DNA of 64,000 nt from an uncultured Acidobacteriota bacterium (GTDB taxonomy: Bacteria > Acidobacteriota > UBA6911). This document shows, in pieces, positions 10,855 through 21,929 of the stretch. The notes below the pieces were generated by a model. The model ran no database searches and was not told where the DNA came from. It saw only the letters and a list, made by a program, of their open reading frames with translations. The translations under genes and the position numbers were made by a program. How positions within the stretch are numbered: the first letter of the stretch is position 1; the number at the start of each line of letters is the position of its first letter. The stretch covers positions 74,992-138,991 of the forward strand of contig CAVXIH010000005.1 of the NCBI GenBank assembly GCA_963761825.1. Reading direction: 5' to 3'.

Positions 10855-11902
10855 GAGGCCAATTTATGAGTCAAATCGATGAGTTTTTCAAGGCATGCCA
10901 TGGCTTTGCCGGACCGGATCGATTCCCGGGCAAGCTGAATTCCATCGCGCAAGCCTGCGGCCTTTCCTCCCACGACAAGACCTGCGGCGGCATTCAAAAG
11001 CACGACATCCCGGCGCGTGCCTTCCTGGTCGGAAAGAATTTCTCGTATAATTGCGGCGTTCCGGGCAGCGTCCCCTCCTTGGATCGCGCTGATCGCGGCG
11101 CGCGTAATGCCGAAATCTCTGGAGTCACATAGTAGGTGCGGACTTCGCCATCCCGCACTTCGGAGATCTTGCTCTCCCCGCTGATGGTGATCTCATCCAG
11201 TCCATCGGAACCGTGAACGACAAAGGCCCGTCCGATCCAAGTTCGCAGAGCACCTGGGCCATGATTTCGGTAAGGTCTTCGTTATAGACACCCAGAACTT
11301 GCGCCGTGGCACGGGCAGGATTGCAGATAGGTCCAAGCAGATTGAAGACGGTGCGAATCTTCATTTCGCGGCGCGCAAGAACGACATAGCGCATCGCTTC
11401 GTGGAGCAGAGGGGCAAACAGAAAACCGATGCCCGCTTCATCGATACAGCGCGCAACAGCGTCGGGAGTCAAATCAATGCGGATGCCCAGCGCCTCCACA
11501 ACGTCGGCGCTCCCGCAAAGGCTGGAGACGCTCCGGTTGCCATGTTTGGCACCCGAATCCCCGCCCGGCGACGACAAATGCCGTGGCAGTGGAAATGTTA
11601 AAGGTTCCCGTCGCATCCCCTCCGGTGCCGCAGGTATCGACCAGCATCTCGCGGTCGGTGCCGGAGAAAGCCGCGCCGACTGCGACCTGGGGACGGACGG
11701 GGGAGGCCTTTGCGCGAATGACCCTGGCAAACCCGATCAGTTCGTCCACGGTCTCGCCCTTCATGCGCAGCCCCGTCAGGAACGCGGCAATCTGGGCATC
11801 CGTAGCCTTGCCGGTCATGATCTCGTTCATAAGAGCTTCGGCCTCGGACCGGCTGAGGTGCTGGCCTTCCACAACTCTTCGAATACCGTCAGTGATGTGC
11901 AT
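10848..11902 (-). CDS. trpD: Anthranilate phosphoribosyltransferase, frameshifted
   Basis: [43 protein letters not shown]; reconstructed C-terminus [11 protein letters not shown]...KLASH-stop. Confidence 0.95.
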
Positions 11903-12044
11903 TTCATGGAGTATATCCGGAGCGCTCCGCAAATTCGAAGCAAAAACCGGATCGCGGCAGGGAACTGTCGCCCCGAAATCAGTGAATTCGCGGCTAAGAC
12001 AATCCGGCCCTGGTGCCGATTAGATAAAGGGATTCTGTAAGTGT

Positions 12045-12530
12045 ATGCGGATACCCGTTTGCTCAGCCGGAAGGCAAGGATTCAGTCTGATTGAGATGAT
12101 GCTGGCGCTTATTATTCTGACGTTCGGTCTCCTGGCGGCAGGCAGCTGCTATATGTTGCTGCCGGTTCCGGTTCGCTCGCCCGATCCAAGGGGACGGCAG
12201 CCGTTGCGGCTCAAAGCCATGCTGGAGTCGCTGGCTTCTCTATACGGGCAGAATCCATCTAGCCGCAGATCTTGCTCCCGGAGCCATGGTCCCCGGCAAA
12301 CCGTAGTCGCCAATCCCGTGGATGGAACCGTGCTGAATCGCTACGACGTGAACTGGACCGTGGAGAATGTTTCCGACCCTCGCCCGGGCAAGGTGCTAAA
12401 TGCCCGGCGTGTGCGGGCGACCGTCACCCCGGTACAAATCTGGAGGAGCTCCAAACGTCCGGCCTGGCTTCAACAAAGTCCTGAATATCGTTACGATCTA
12501 TTAGTTCGAAAACGCGCGGATAGCTTCGAT
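12045..12530 (+). CDS. PilV-like minor pilin, frameshifted; end approximate
   Basis: QGFSLIEMMLALIILTFGLLAAG prepilin cleavage/methylation motif. Confidence 0.7.
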
Positions 12531-13158
12531 GAGGATGCCCTTGAAGAAATCAGGCTTAACCGAGGAATCCAGCAGCCAATCCGGTTTTACATTGACCGAG
12601 TTCATGATTGCCGCGTCTATTCTCCTCATCCTATCCTCCGCCATTTTTGGCATGCTGACGGAAATCCAGCATGCCGGAAGCTATCAGGCCGAAGTTCAGT
12701 TCGTTCTTAATAACACTCGAATCGCGATGCAGACTGCGGAACGCTATATCCGGCAGGCTGGAAATGATCCGCTGGGCAGCGGTGTATCCGGCATAACATT
12801 GTCAGTGCGCAGGAAATTCAAATCAGGTCCGATGTCACGGGATCCGCAGGACCGGGTAATCCGGACAAGGGAGATCCGGACGGGGACATCGGCGATTCGG
12901 GCGAGAGCATTGCCATTCGCTTCAATAATCGTACGCGGTCGCTCGAAATCGTGCCTGAAGGTGGTGCCGCTCAGATCGTCGCAGGCTCCATTTCCGGCCT
13001 GTCTTTTCAATATTACGATGCCGGCGGCAATAGAACAGCGGCAAGCAGCGAAGTGCGCAAAATCGGCATTTCAATTTCAGGAACAAGCCTGCTGCGGACC
13101 CCGGACCGGCAAGGTATTTGGCGTGCAGCTCAACAGCGAGATACGGATATCCGCCTGA
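12529..13158 (+). CDS. PilW-like minor pilin, frameshifted
   Basis: SGFTLTEFMIAASILLILSSAIF prepilin motif; RYIRQAGNDP. Confidence 0.7.
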   Translation: MRMPLKKSGLTEESSSQSGFTLTEFMIAASILLILSSAIFGMLTEIQHAGSYQAEVQFVLNNTRIAMQTAERYIRQAGNDPLGSGVSGITLSVRRKFKSGPMSRDPQDRVIRTREIRTGTSAIRARALPFASIIVRGRSKSCLKVVPLRSSQAPFPACLFNITMPAAIEQRQAAKCAKSAFQFQEQACCGPRTGKVFGVQLNSEIRISA

Positions 13159-13242
13159 CACATTACTATGACAAGCCATGCAATTATCGACAAAGGAAAT
13201 TTAAATCAATTCTTCCGGAAAAAACGGAATCGAGGGGTCTTT

Positions 13243-13823
13243 ATGAAGAAAATCGCCGTGTTTTTGCAACAGTTTTCCTGATCGCATTTGTTTCGGTGTC
13301 CTATGCGCAGCAGTCGCTGGCAGATCTTGCGAAACAGGAAAAAGAGCGCCGGGAAGAAATAAAGAACAGCCGGGTCATCACCGACGAGGAAGCGGCCAAG
13401 TATAAAAGAGACGCGCAAGCGTCCCAGCCCTTCCGGAGCAGCCATCGGGAACTGCACATCCTGACAAACGGGGGAGTGAAGCAGCAAACAGACCTCAAAC
13501 CGACAATCCCGAGGCAGATGAACCCACGGATTTTGAGGGCGGCCGGAAAGCTTCTGGCGCAAAACAATGGCTGAAGCGCGCCAGAAAGTGAAGGACTTGA
13601 CGAATGAAGCCAATGTCATCGTGCTGAAAATAGCCGACCTGAAAACGAGTTTTACCGTATGGATAACGGTTTCAAACGCGGAGACATTCAGCGGGAAATT
13701 CAAAAGTCGTATTACGAGCAGGACCTCAACAAGCAAAACCTGGAAAAGGCAAAGCTGGAGCTTCAAGACCTGGAGAACGAAGCTCGAAAAAGCGGCGCAC
13801 TTCCCGGCTGGATTGCACCCTAG
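13243..13823 (+). CDS. Secreted coiled-coil hypothetical protein, frameshifted
   Basis: Reconstructed MKKIAVF...VSYAQQSLADLAKQEKERR signal peptide plus charged helices; ends GALPGWIAP-stop. Confidence 0.6.
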
Positions 13824-13865
13824 CCCGTTTTCTCAGGGGATTTTGTAGCAAGGCGGTGCAGAAAA

Positions 13866-13931
13866 CGGTTCAAAGTTGCGGTTGCAGGTTATCAATCTAA
13901 TTTGGAACCTGAAACCTGTAACCTGAAACCT
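13866..13931. repeat. Heptamer palindrome between convergent genes
   Basis: GGTTCA/AGTTGC/GGTTGC/AGGTT left arm; GGAACCT-GAAACCT-GTAACCT-GAAACCT right arm. Confidence 0.75.
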
Positions 13932-13940
13932 ATGCTTGTA

Positions 13941-14723
13941 TCAGGTCTGCGGGATCCCGAGCTCAGCGGATCCCGCGTTTCCCAGCAGGAGGACGGCGAC
14001 TCCGGCTGTCAGCAGCTTGAATTCCACATTTTGAAAGCCGGCCAGTTCGGCTTTTTCCTTCAGCGTTTCCGCAGAAGGAAAAGATTGGACGCTGGCCGGC
14101 AAATATCCATAAGGCCCCTCGACTCCCGAAATAATCTTCCCCAATTTCGGCAAAACCCGAAAGAAATAGAATCGGTATATCGGCGCCAGGACCGGCATTC
14201 TGGGCATGCCAAAGTCCAGGACGCGCATCACTCCGCCCGGGCGTAAAATGCGCCGCATCTCCCGCGGCCGCGATCGATATCCGCCAGATTCCGCAATACG
14301 AACGCCGAGACTACGACGTCGAAAGATGCATCGGCAAATGGAAGCATCAGAGCATCGGCCTCCAACAGCGCCACCGGCCGGCTCAAACTGCTCGTGCATG
14401 ACTTTGCTCGCCCCGACACGAAGCATGGGCTGGCAAAAATCGCAGCCTATGACCGGCCCCAAACCGGAGAAAGCAAGCGACAGGTCACCGGTTCCGCAAC
14501 CGACGTCAAGAATTCTCGGAACCGGAACGGGGATTCGCCGGCTCACTTCCCGCACGCAGATTTTTCTCCAGCGCCGGTCAATATTAGCGGAGAGAAAATG
14601 ATTTAGGAAATCGTAGCGGCCCGCGATTGCGCCGAACATTCGCGAACTCTGCGTGACTTGTCGTGATCGCTCATCCCTTGTCGGCTCCTGATTCGTCTGG
14701 CAGCATGGAACTCTCCGGGTCAA
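13941..14723 (-). CDS. menG: Demethylmenaquinone/ubiquinone methyltransferase (MenG/UbiE family), indels in the middle
   Basis: MFGAIAGRYDFLNHFLS, ILDVGCGTGDL, DALMLPFADASFD, YGYLPASV. Confidence 0.85.
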   Translation of the reverse strand: MTRRVPCCQTNQEPTRDERSRQVTQSSRMFGAIAGRYDFLNHFLSANIDRRWRKICVREVSRRIPVPVPRILDVGCGTGDLSLAFSGLGPVIGCDFCQPMLRVGASKVMHEQFEPAGGAVGGRCSDASICRCIFRRRSLGVRIAESGGYRSRPREMRRILRPGGVMRVLDFGMPRMPVLAPIYRFYFFRVLPKLGKIISGVEGPYGYLPASVQSFPSAETLKEKAELAGFQNVEFKLLTAGVAVLLLGNAGSAELGIPQT

Positions 14724-15819
14724 ATACCCTTCGCGGCCAGAAATTTCTCGAGAAATCCCTGCAGCGATGCTGCGTCAATGCCGGTGCGGATCTCGGCCTC
14801 TCCGGGCTTGCCGCAGAAAAACCATGCGGATATTTCCCGCACGGAATTTTTTGTCGCGGACCAGGGAATCCCACGACTTTTCTCAATCGAAATCCCATTG
14901 AGCGACGGAAGCCGGCCTACACTGCGGATCAATCGGATCAGCGATTCCGAATCCGCAGGCGCCAACAATCCCAGTTCGCTCCCGTATGCGAGGGCGGCGA
15001 TCATTCCCCACGCGACTGCCTCTCCGTGCTTGAATCTCCGATAGTCCGTCGCCGCCTCAAAAGCGTGGCCGATGGTATGCCCGAAATTCAGGATCATCCG
15101 CAATCCATTTTCTTTTTCATCGGCAGCGACAACGTCCGCTTTGATGCGCGCGGCCGACATAACGATATGCTGCATCGCATCCGGCCGGCAATTCAGGATC
15201 CTGGAGAGAGTTCTTTTCCAGATAGCGCAGCAGTGCTTTGGAGCGGATGGCGCCGCATTTGAGCACTTCATACAGGCCGGAGGCCAGTTCCCTTCCGGCA
15301 AAGTTCTCAGCGCGGCGATGTCCGACAACACGGCGGACGGCTGATGGAAAGCGCCGATCAGGTTTTTGCCTTGAGCCACGTTGATCCCGACCTTTCCCCG
15401 ATGGAGCTGTCCACCTGAGCCAGCAGAGTCGTGGGCACCATGACAAAGGGAATGCCGCGCATGAATGTGGCGGCTGCGAATCCGGCAATATCTCCAACAA
15501 CACCCCCGCCAAACGCCAGGATCCAGGAGCGCCTGTCCGCATGCGCGCGGAACAATTTCCGGTAGATCCGCAGCAGGGTCGCGTGATTCTTAAACCGTTC
15601 TCCATCCCCGATGCGAATGACTTCAGCCGGACCGAACGACTTTTGCAGCGACCCCAGAAGGGCTGCGCCGTGCAGCTGCAGAACAGTATTGTTTGTGACA
15701 ACGATCGGTGCGGCATCGAATCCGCACCTGGCCAGCAAGGCACCGGCATCGGCGATGAGGCCCTCTCCGACAAATATCGGATAGCTGTGCTTCGCCAGGT
15801 TTACAGTCAAGGTTTTCAA
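14720..15819 (-). CDS. aroB: 3-dehydroquinate synthase, frameshifted
   Basis: [52 protein letters not shown]. Confidence 0.95.
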
Positions 15820-15983
15820 TATTGAAGTCCTCCGGAGAATTCCTTGAGGATACCGGAAGCGCCCCTAGCTTCCCTATCCTTGCTTCCCTGTTGAAAGATC
15901 ATCATACGCAGCGCGCTAAATTCAAATCAAGCCTCGCGGACTATTTCCCGCTAAAATTCAAACTTTAAGCCTCCGGCTGTTTT

Positions 15984-16008
15984 TGTGAAAATCAGCGCAA
16001 TCTGTAGC
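15984..16008. repeat. Half element of the roughly 9-nt-period ATCAGCG/ATCTGT repeat type
   Basis: TGTGAAAATCAGCGCAATCTGTAGC; resembles the arms at 39145-39183. Confidence 0.4.
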
Positions 16009-16040
16009 GGCTTTTTCTTCTCTCCCTTTATAATGGATGC

Positions 16041-16475
16041 ATGGATGAAATGGAAAGCCGTCTGAGAGAAAGGCTGCAGGGGATCTATTCCGCCACCACG
16101 ATAGAGCATATCCTGCATCCCCATAATGTCGAAAGCATTCCCAAACCGGATGGATATGCTGCGTGCAGCAGCGGTTGCGGCGAAAGCATGAAAATCTGGT
16201 TGCGTACCCGGAATGATGCCATTGGCGACGCCGGATTCTGGACTGACGGCTGCGCCGCAACGATTGCCTGCGGCAGCATGGCCACGGAGCTAGCCCTGGG
16301 CAAATCCGTAACGCAGGCACTGGCAATTACGGCCGAAAACATTGCCGATGCGCTGGTGGACCTGCCTCCAGGCAACCTGCATTGCGCCGAACTGGCGGCG
16401 AATACTCTCAGAGCCGCACTGAAGGACCTTCTTTCCGTCCAGCAGCAGCCGTGGAAACGCCTGTATCGTAAATGA
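16041..16475 (+). CDS. IscU/NifU-N-like Fe-S scaffold protein
   Basis: GCGESMKIWL, GCAATIACGSM, LPPGNLHCAELA (three conserved Cys). Confidence 0.85.
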   Translation: MDEMESRLRERLQGIYSATTIEHILHPHNVESIPKPDGYAACSSGCGESMKIWLRTRNDAIGDAGFWTDGCAATIACGSMATELALGKSVTQALAITAENIADALVDLPPGNLHCAELAANTLRAALKDLLSVQQQPWKRLYRK

Positions 16476-16523
16476 AGAAAATTCTGGCCGCGCTCACAAT
16501 TTTACAAATGGGGAACACGCAGC

Positions 16524-17292
16524 ATGACCTATGAACGAGAACTTGAACTGGCGCTTGAATTGGTACGGAAAGCCGGAGCACTTGCGCTGCAGCTTTTCGA
16601 ACAACCGACGCCTGCGGAAGAAAAAGCGGACACGTCTCCGGTCACAGATGCGGACCGGGAATGTGAAAAACTTATCGCGGAGCGCTCCAGGAAAGTTTTC
16701 CCGAAGATGGAATACTCGGCGAGGAGGGGACGCGGATCCCTCCCGCTCCGGCCGGCGCTGGCTCATCGACCCGATCGACGGCACTCGGGATTTTGTTCGC
16801 CGCAATCCCTTCTGGTCCGTGCAGCTGGCGCTGCAGGTCGGCGAACGCGTGGAGATGGGAATCATCTACTGCCCCTGCACAAAGGAAATGCTTTTTGCCG
16901 CCAGCGGACAAGGATGCTATTGGAACGACGCACGCGTTGCCGCATCGAATATCGCCCGCGTGGATAAATCCATTCTCATGGTGAGCGGCTTCAAGGCTGC
17001 GTGGGATTCATGGCCGGCAGATGCCGTGCGGCTCCTTACGAAGAAATGCTGGACCGTTCGCTGCTATGGGGGCTGCTACGACGTCATCATGCTTGCACGA
17101 GGCAAAGCGGATATCTGGCTGAGCGGCAGCGGAATGGAATGGGACTATGCTCCCGTCCAGGTCATCGCGCGGGAATGCGGCGCGCGGTTCCTGATCCGTG
17201 ATGGAAGCGACCGCATTGACGCAAAGCACTGCGTGGTGTGCGCTCCCCAAATCGAGCGCGAAATCCGCGCTATCCTAGGCATCTCAAACTAA
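16524..17292 (+). CDS. Inositol monophosphatase family (HisN-like), frameshifted
   Basis: SPVTDADRECE, WLIDPIDGTRDF, WDYAP. Confidence 0.88.
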
Positions 17293-17293
17293 A

Positions 17294-18546
17294 ATGGTCC
17301 AGGCTTCCCGAGATTTTCAAGTCTTTGTCAAACCGGTCGGTCCGCTCTGCAACTTGGCGTGCCACTACTGCTATTACATCCAAAAACAGCCGCTTCACAC
17401 CAGCATGGAATCGCTGCGCATGCCCGACGCTTTGCTGGAGGAATACATCGTTCAGCATATCGCCGCAACTCGCAGACCGACGATCGCATTCTCCTGGCAC
17501 GGCGGAGAGCCCACGCTGCTCGGCTTGGACTATTTCAAAAAGATCGTTGCCCTGCAGCGCAAACATCTGCCCCGCGGCAAACGCGTCTTCAACGGCATAC
17601 AGACGAACGGCATCCTCATCGATGAGGAGTGGTGCGAATTTCTGGCGGCGGAAGGATTCGGCGTCGGCCTCAGCCTCGACGGCCCGCAGGAGCTTCATGA
17701 CCGATACCGCCTGACCGGAGGCAACGAACCGACACAGCGTCAAGCCCTGCGTGGTTTCGAACTACTGAAACGAAGCGGGATTACGTGCGACATCCTTTGC
17801 GCGGTGCACGATCGGAATGTGCGGCACCCGCTTCAAGTGTATCGCTACTTCAAACAGATCGGCGGCCAATATATCAGCTTCCTCCCGATTGTTATGAAGC
17901 TGCCGGGATCGGAATCGGAAATCGAGCCTTGCACGGTGCCGGCGGAGGATTATGGATCTTTTCTATGCGCCATCTTTGACGAGTGGACACAGCAGGACAT
18001 CGGGCGCGTTTCGGTACAGATATTCGAAGAGGCAATCCGCTCTTTGCGGGGACTGGAACACTCCCTCTGTATCTTCCGAAAGACCTGCGGTGAAATACCC
18101 GTCCTCGAGCATAACGGAGACTTCTTCTCCTGCGACCATTTTGTGGATGCGGCGCACCGTCTGGGAAATATTCTGGAAGTCCCGTTTGTGCAGCTGCTGG
18201 AAAGCTCTGCGCAGAGGGCGTTCGGCGAAGCGAAACGCGATGCTTTGCCCCGCTATTGCGGGCAGTGCGCAGTCCTGGACATGTGCAATGGCGGATGCCC
18301 GAAAGATCGTTTTCTCCGACTCCGGAGGGTCAACCCGGATTGAATTATTTGTGCGCGGGATTCAAACGCTTTTTCGCTCACTGCCGTCCGTTCTTCCAGA
18401 AAGTGATTGCGGCGGCTCAGGCACGGCAGGCAAAAACAAACAGCGTAGGGCGCAACGATCCTTGCCCGTGCGGCAGTGGTTTGAAATATAAGAGATGCTG
18501 CCTGGGAAAGAAGGAGACGGGAGACAGGAGTCAGAAGCCAGAATAG
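17294..18546 (+). CDS. Anaerobic sulfatase maturase-like radical SAM/SPASM protein with C-terminal SEC-C; frameshift near 18320
   Basis: [53 protein letters not shown]. Confidence 0.9.
18513..18543. repeat. Heptamer array forming the last codons of the anSME ORF
   Basis: GGAGACG-GGAGACA-GGAGTCA-GAAGCCA-GAA, then the stop codon. Confidence 0.65.
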
Positions 18547-18547
18547 G

Positions 18548-19598
18548 CTATGTCCAGCGGCCCGGGATCTTGCTGGTACAGGAAGGGCAGAGTCCGGTCG
18601 GTCCCAGGTTGTTTTTCAGGATTAGATATCCACGGCGTTCGACCAGGAGTGCGCCACAACCGGGACAAAAAGTGCTCTCGGCGTTCCCTGTCCTTCCGGG
18701 CAAATTCCCTGCGTAAACATAGCGCAGGCCGCTCTCTTTTCCGATTGCAGCCGCTTTCATCAGATCTCCAGGACTGGTGTTGTCCGGATTCGTCATTTTG
18801 TAGTCTGCGTGGAATGCCGTTACATGCCATGGGATCTCAGGCGAAACGCGGGAGATGTACTCCGTAAGTTTTGTTAATTCCTCGCGTGAATCATTGAAAC
18901 CGGGGACAAGCAGAGTCACCACTTCCACCCAGATTCCCATCGCATGAAGACTGAGGATGGTGTCCAGAACCGGCTGGAGGCGTCCTCCAAACTGACGATA
19001 ATGCCGGTCGTCGTAGCATTTCAGATCGACTTTGAATAAATCAAGATGAGGACGGAGATATTTCAGTGCTTCGGGCGTCCCATATCCGTTGGATACAAAG
19101 CCGGTCATCAGGCCCGCCGCCTTGGCCTGCTTGAAAACGGCCACACTCCATTCTGCAGTAATCAGGGGCTCATTATAGGTGCTGACAACGATCCCCGCGC
19201 CTTGCATCACAGGCATGCTTGACGAGTGTATCCGCATGAACCGGCTGCGGAGGCGCATACGCGCGAGTATCCTGCAGAGTCTGCGAGGTTCCCCAGTTCT
19301 GGCAATAGCCGCAGTGGAAATTGCATCCCAGCATCCCGAAGCTAAGGGCGCGTGAACCAGGACGCACGTGAAAGAAAGGCTTTTTCTCGATGGGATCGAC
19401 CTGCGCCCCGGACACATACCCGAACGGCACGCGAAGAGTCCCACCCCTGTTGATCCGCATCTTGCATATGCCTGATTCTCCGTCGGAAATTGTGCAGCGA
19501 TGGGCGCACGCAAAGCAGCGCACACGCCCCCGATCAAGCTTCTCAAACAGCTCTCCCTCTATAGTGTATTGTTCGAGTATTTCCGCTGGAGTTGCCAT
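18548..19598 (-). CDS. amrS: AmmeMemoRadiSam system radical SAM enzyme, frameshifted
   Basis: VRCFACAHRC, DPIEKKPFFH, GCNFHCGYCQNW, TYNEP, IPWHVTAFH, YVYAGN. Confidence 0.9.
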
Positions 19599-19615
19599 AG
19601 GCTAATGCGCTTTAT

Positions 19616-19763
19616 GTAGCGGCAGCGAGCTCTGCTCCTTGCACGCATTTCCGTCATCATAAACCAACAAAGCATGCGGGTCGGGGCTGAAGCTCCGACC
19701 CGCATGTTATTCTTGTCTACCATGAGCAAGATGCTTATAAGAAGCAGCGCTTGCTGCCGCTTT
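19616..19763. repeat. Nested REP-like palindromic intergenic structure
   Basis: Outer inverted pair AGCGGCAGCGAGCTCTGCT (from 19618) / AGCAGCGCTTGCTGCCGCT (19743-19761); inner perfect 12-bp hairpin CATGCGGGTCGG (19673-19684) / CCGACCCGCATG (19695-19706). Confidence 0.7.
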
Positions 19764-19838
19764 GAATTTCAAGCTGCCGGCTGAGATCCTGAATCAGGGA
19801 CCGGAAACAGGGAATTCATGAACGCCAAAATATTAAAC

Positions 19839-20895
19839 CTACTTCTTATTTGCTTTGAAAGACAAATTTGCGCCGAAGAACGGCAACACTTTTGTCGCCA
19901 GCCTTTCCGCGATTCGGTTCACGTGATCTCCTTCGTAAATCTCGGAGACATGACGTATTCCATAGTCACTGAGTATCTGATCCAGGGTTTTGACGGTATT
20001 GTTGATACCCATGTCTTTGTCTCCGGCATCCATAGCGATGGCTTTGTATTTTTTCAGCGCGGGCACATATTGATGCACCATGGCCAGTGGAGCGTTGGCG
20101 GCCCACTTGGCGATAACGTCCGGCTGCAACTGACCGTTTTTTACCGTGAAGTCAAAAAAGAACGGCGGATTCATGGAATTTGGAGACCATGCAGCAGAGG
20201 ATGCGAGCATCGCTTTGACTCCGAAATTCGCTTTCTCCACGTCCTGCAGTGTCTTGATCGCATCGATCTGCGTTCCCATCTCGAGACGCGGATTGATATC
20301 GGCCGCCATGCAGCATGGGCTCATGGCGTATACACTGGAAAAAACCTCGGGGCTTTTAAAGCTCAGGCGCACCGTGCCATAGCCTCCCATGGAGTGTCCA
20401 GCGAGGCCGCGGCTTTCACGTTCGGGAATCGTTCGATAGTGGCTGTCCACATAAGCGACCAGATCCTGCGCGATATACCCTTCCCAATCGCCGGTTGTCA
20501 CCGAATTCGAATACATGCTGCCCGCAAACTTTGTATATGCATTGGGCATGACGATAATCATTTCGGGCACGCCCGCGGTGAACGCCTTGTCTGCCGCAAC
20601 AGGAACATTGATAAAATGCGTTACCAGCCCAAACCACCGATCATCGGAATCTGTAAAACTATGCAAAAGGTAAACGACGGGGTATCGTTTGTTCCTCTCT
20701 TTGGCGTAACCGGGAGGCAGATAAATGGAAACATCGCGGTCTGCCGAGTCTTCTGAAAGATTGCCTTCGAGCGATTTCCCGTGCACCTTAATCCGTTCGA
20801 ATTTCCCCTTGTAAGCCGGCGCGTTCGGTTTGCGCCAGTAGTGTCGCCGTCATGACCATCAATAAAGCCAGTAGCGCTGTGCGGGCGGGTTTCAT
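19839..20895 (-). CDS. Secreted putative esterase (alpha/beta hydrolase); frameshift near the N-terminus
   Basis: [21 protein letters not shown] nucleophile elbow, YEGDH; signal peptide upstream in another frame. Confidence 0.85.
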
Positions 20896-21078
20896 AGCGT
20901 CCAATCTCCTCAGAATCATCCTAGAGTTTTGAGGGCCAAATATTCTCCTATGCTAGGATGCCTATATGTCCCTGTCAAAAGATATCGCTATCCGCAAAAC
21001 TTCCGGATCTTTGAGACTTTGCCTCCCGGGCCTTCGCGTTAAACTCATGGCTCGTGTATATGCTGGAGGCAAGGGTGC

Positions 21079-21912
21079 ATGGAAAAACTCACGGACTGGA
21101 ATTCTCTTTGGCGCGAACTGGTTGAGATCAAGGAAAAAAGCCGTAAAGGCAAATCCGAAGGTTCTCAACCGGACATCTGGGCAGACCGGGCGGTCGAATT
21201 TAAAGAAGGCGTGCAACGCAAATGGGTTCGGCCGGACTCGAGCCGTGATTATATCCTCTCGCACCTGGACTCGAACTCGACAGTGCTCGACATCGGCGCC
21301 GGCACCGGTGCCTGGTCTGTTCTGTTGTCCCGTCGTGCAAAGCACGTCACGGCGGTCGAACCGTCGCCGTCGATGATCAAAGTGCTGCGCGAAAGTCTGG
21401 ATGAAGAACACGTCACGAACGTTTCGATAGTGGAAGGTTCCTGGCCGGACGTGTTTGTGGAACCGCACGATTTTTCGCTGTGTTCGCACGCGATGTATGC
21501 CTGCCATGATCTGGCCTCGTTCATTCTCCGGATGGCTGCCTGCACCCGGCGCATGTGCTTTCTGCTGCTGCGCGCGCCATCACTCAACGGGGTGCGCGCT
21601 GAAGCGGCACGGCATATCTGGGGCCAACCGCTCGACAGCCCTAATTTCACAATTGCATACAACATCCTGCTCCAGCTTGGTATCTACGCCAATGTGCAGA
21701 TGGAAAACACCGGTCTGTGGAAACCACGGACAAGCTCGAGCCTGGAAGAAGCGTTGAGCACTATGCATCGATTCCTGGGGCTCGGCGATTCAGACGAACA
21801 CGATGCGTATCTGATGGAACTGCTGCAACGACGCCTGGCATGGAAAGACGGGCGATATATATGGCCGCCGGAAGTGCGATCGGCACTGATATATTGGCAA
21901 GTTGAATCCTGA
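21079..21912 (+). CDS. Class I SAM-dependent methyltransferase
   Basis: VLDIGAGTG, VTAVEPS. Confidence 0.9.
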   Translation: MEKLTDWNSLWRELVEIKEKSRKGKSEGSQPDIWADRAVEFKEGVQRKWVRPDSSRDYILSHLDSNSTVLDIGAGTGAWSVLLSRRAKHVTAVEPSPSMIKVLRESLDEEHVTNVSIVEGSWPDVFVEPHDFSLCSHAMYACHDLASFILRMAACTRRMCFLLLRAPSLNGVRAEAARHIWGQPLDSPNFTIAYNILLQLGIYANVQMENTGLWKPRTSSSLEEALSTMHRFLGLGDSDEHDAYLMELLQRRLAWKDGRYIWPPEVRSALIYWQVES

Positions 21913-21929
21913 ACTGGTTTTCACAGCGG

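Noticed and set aside
10851-11132. Plus-strand 93-aa ORF as a separate gene
   Set aside because: It is the antisense shadow of the frameshifted trpD C-terminus.
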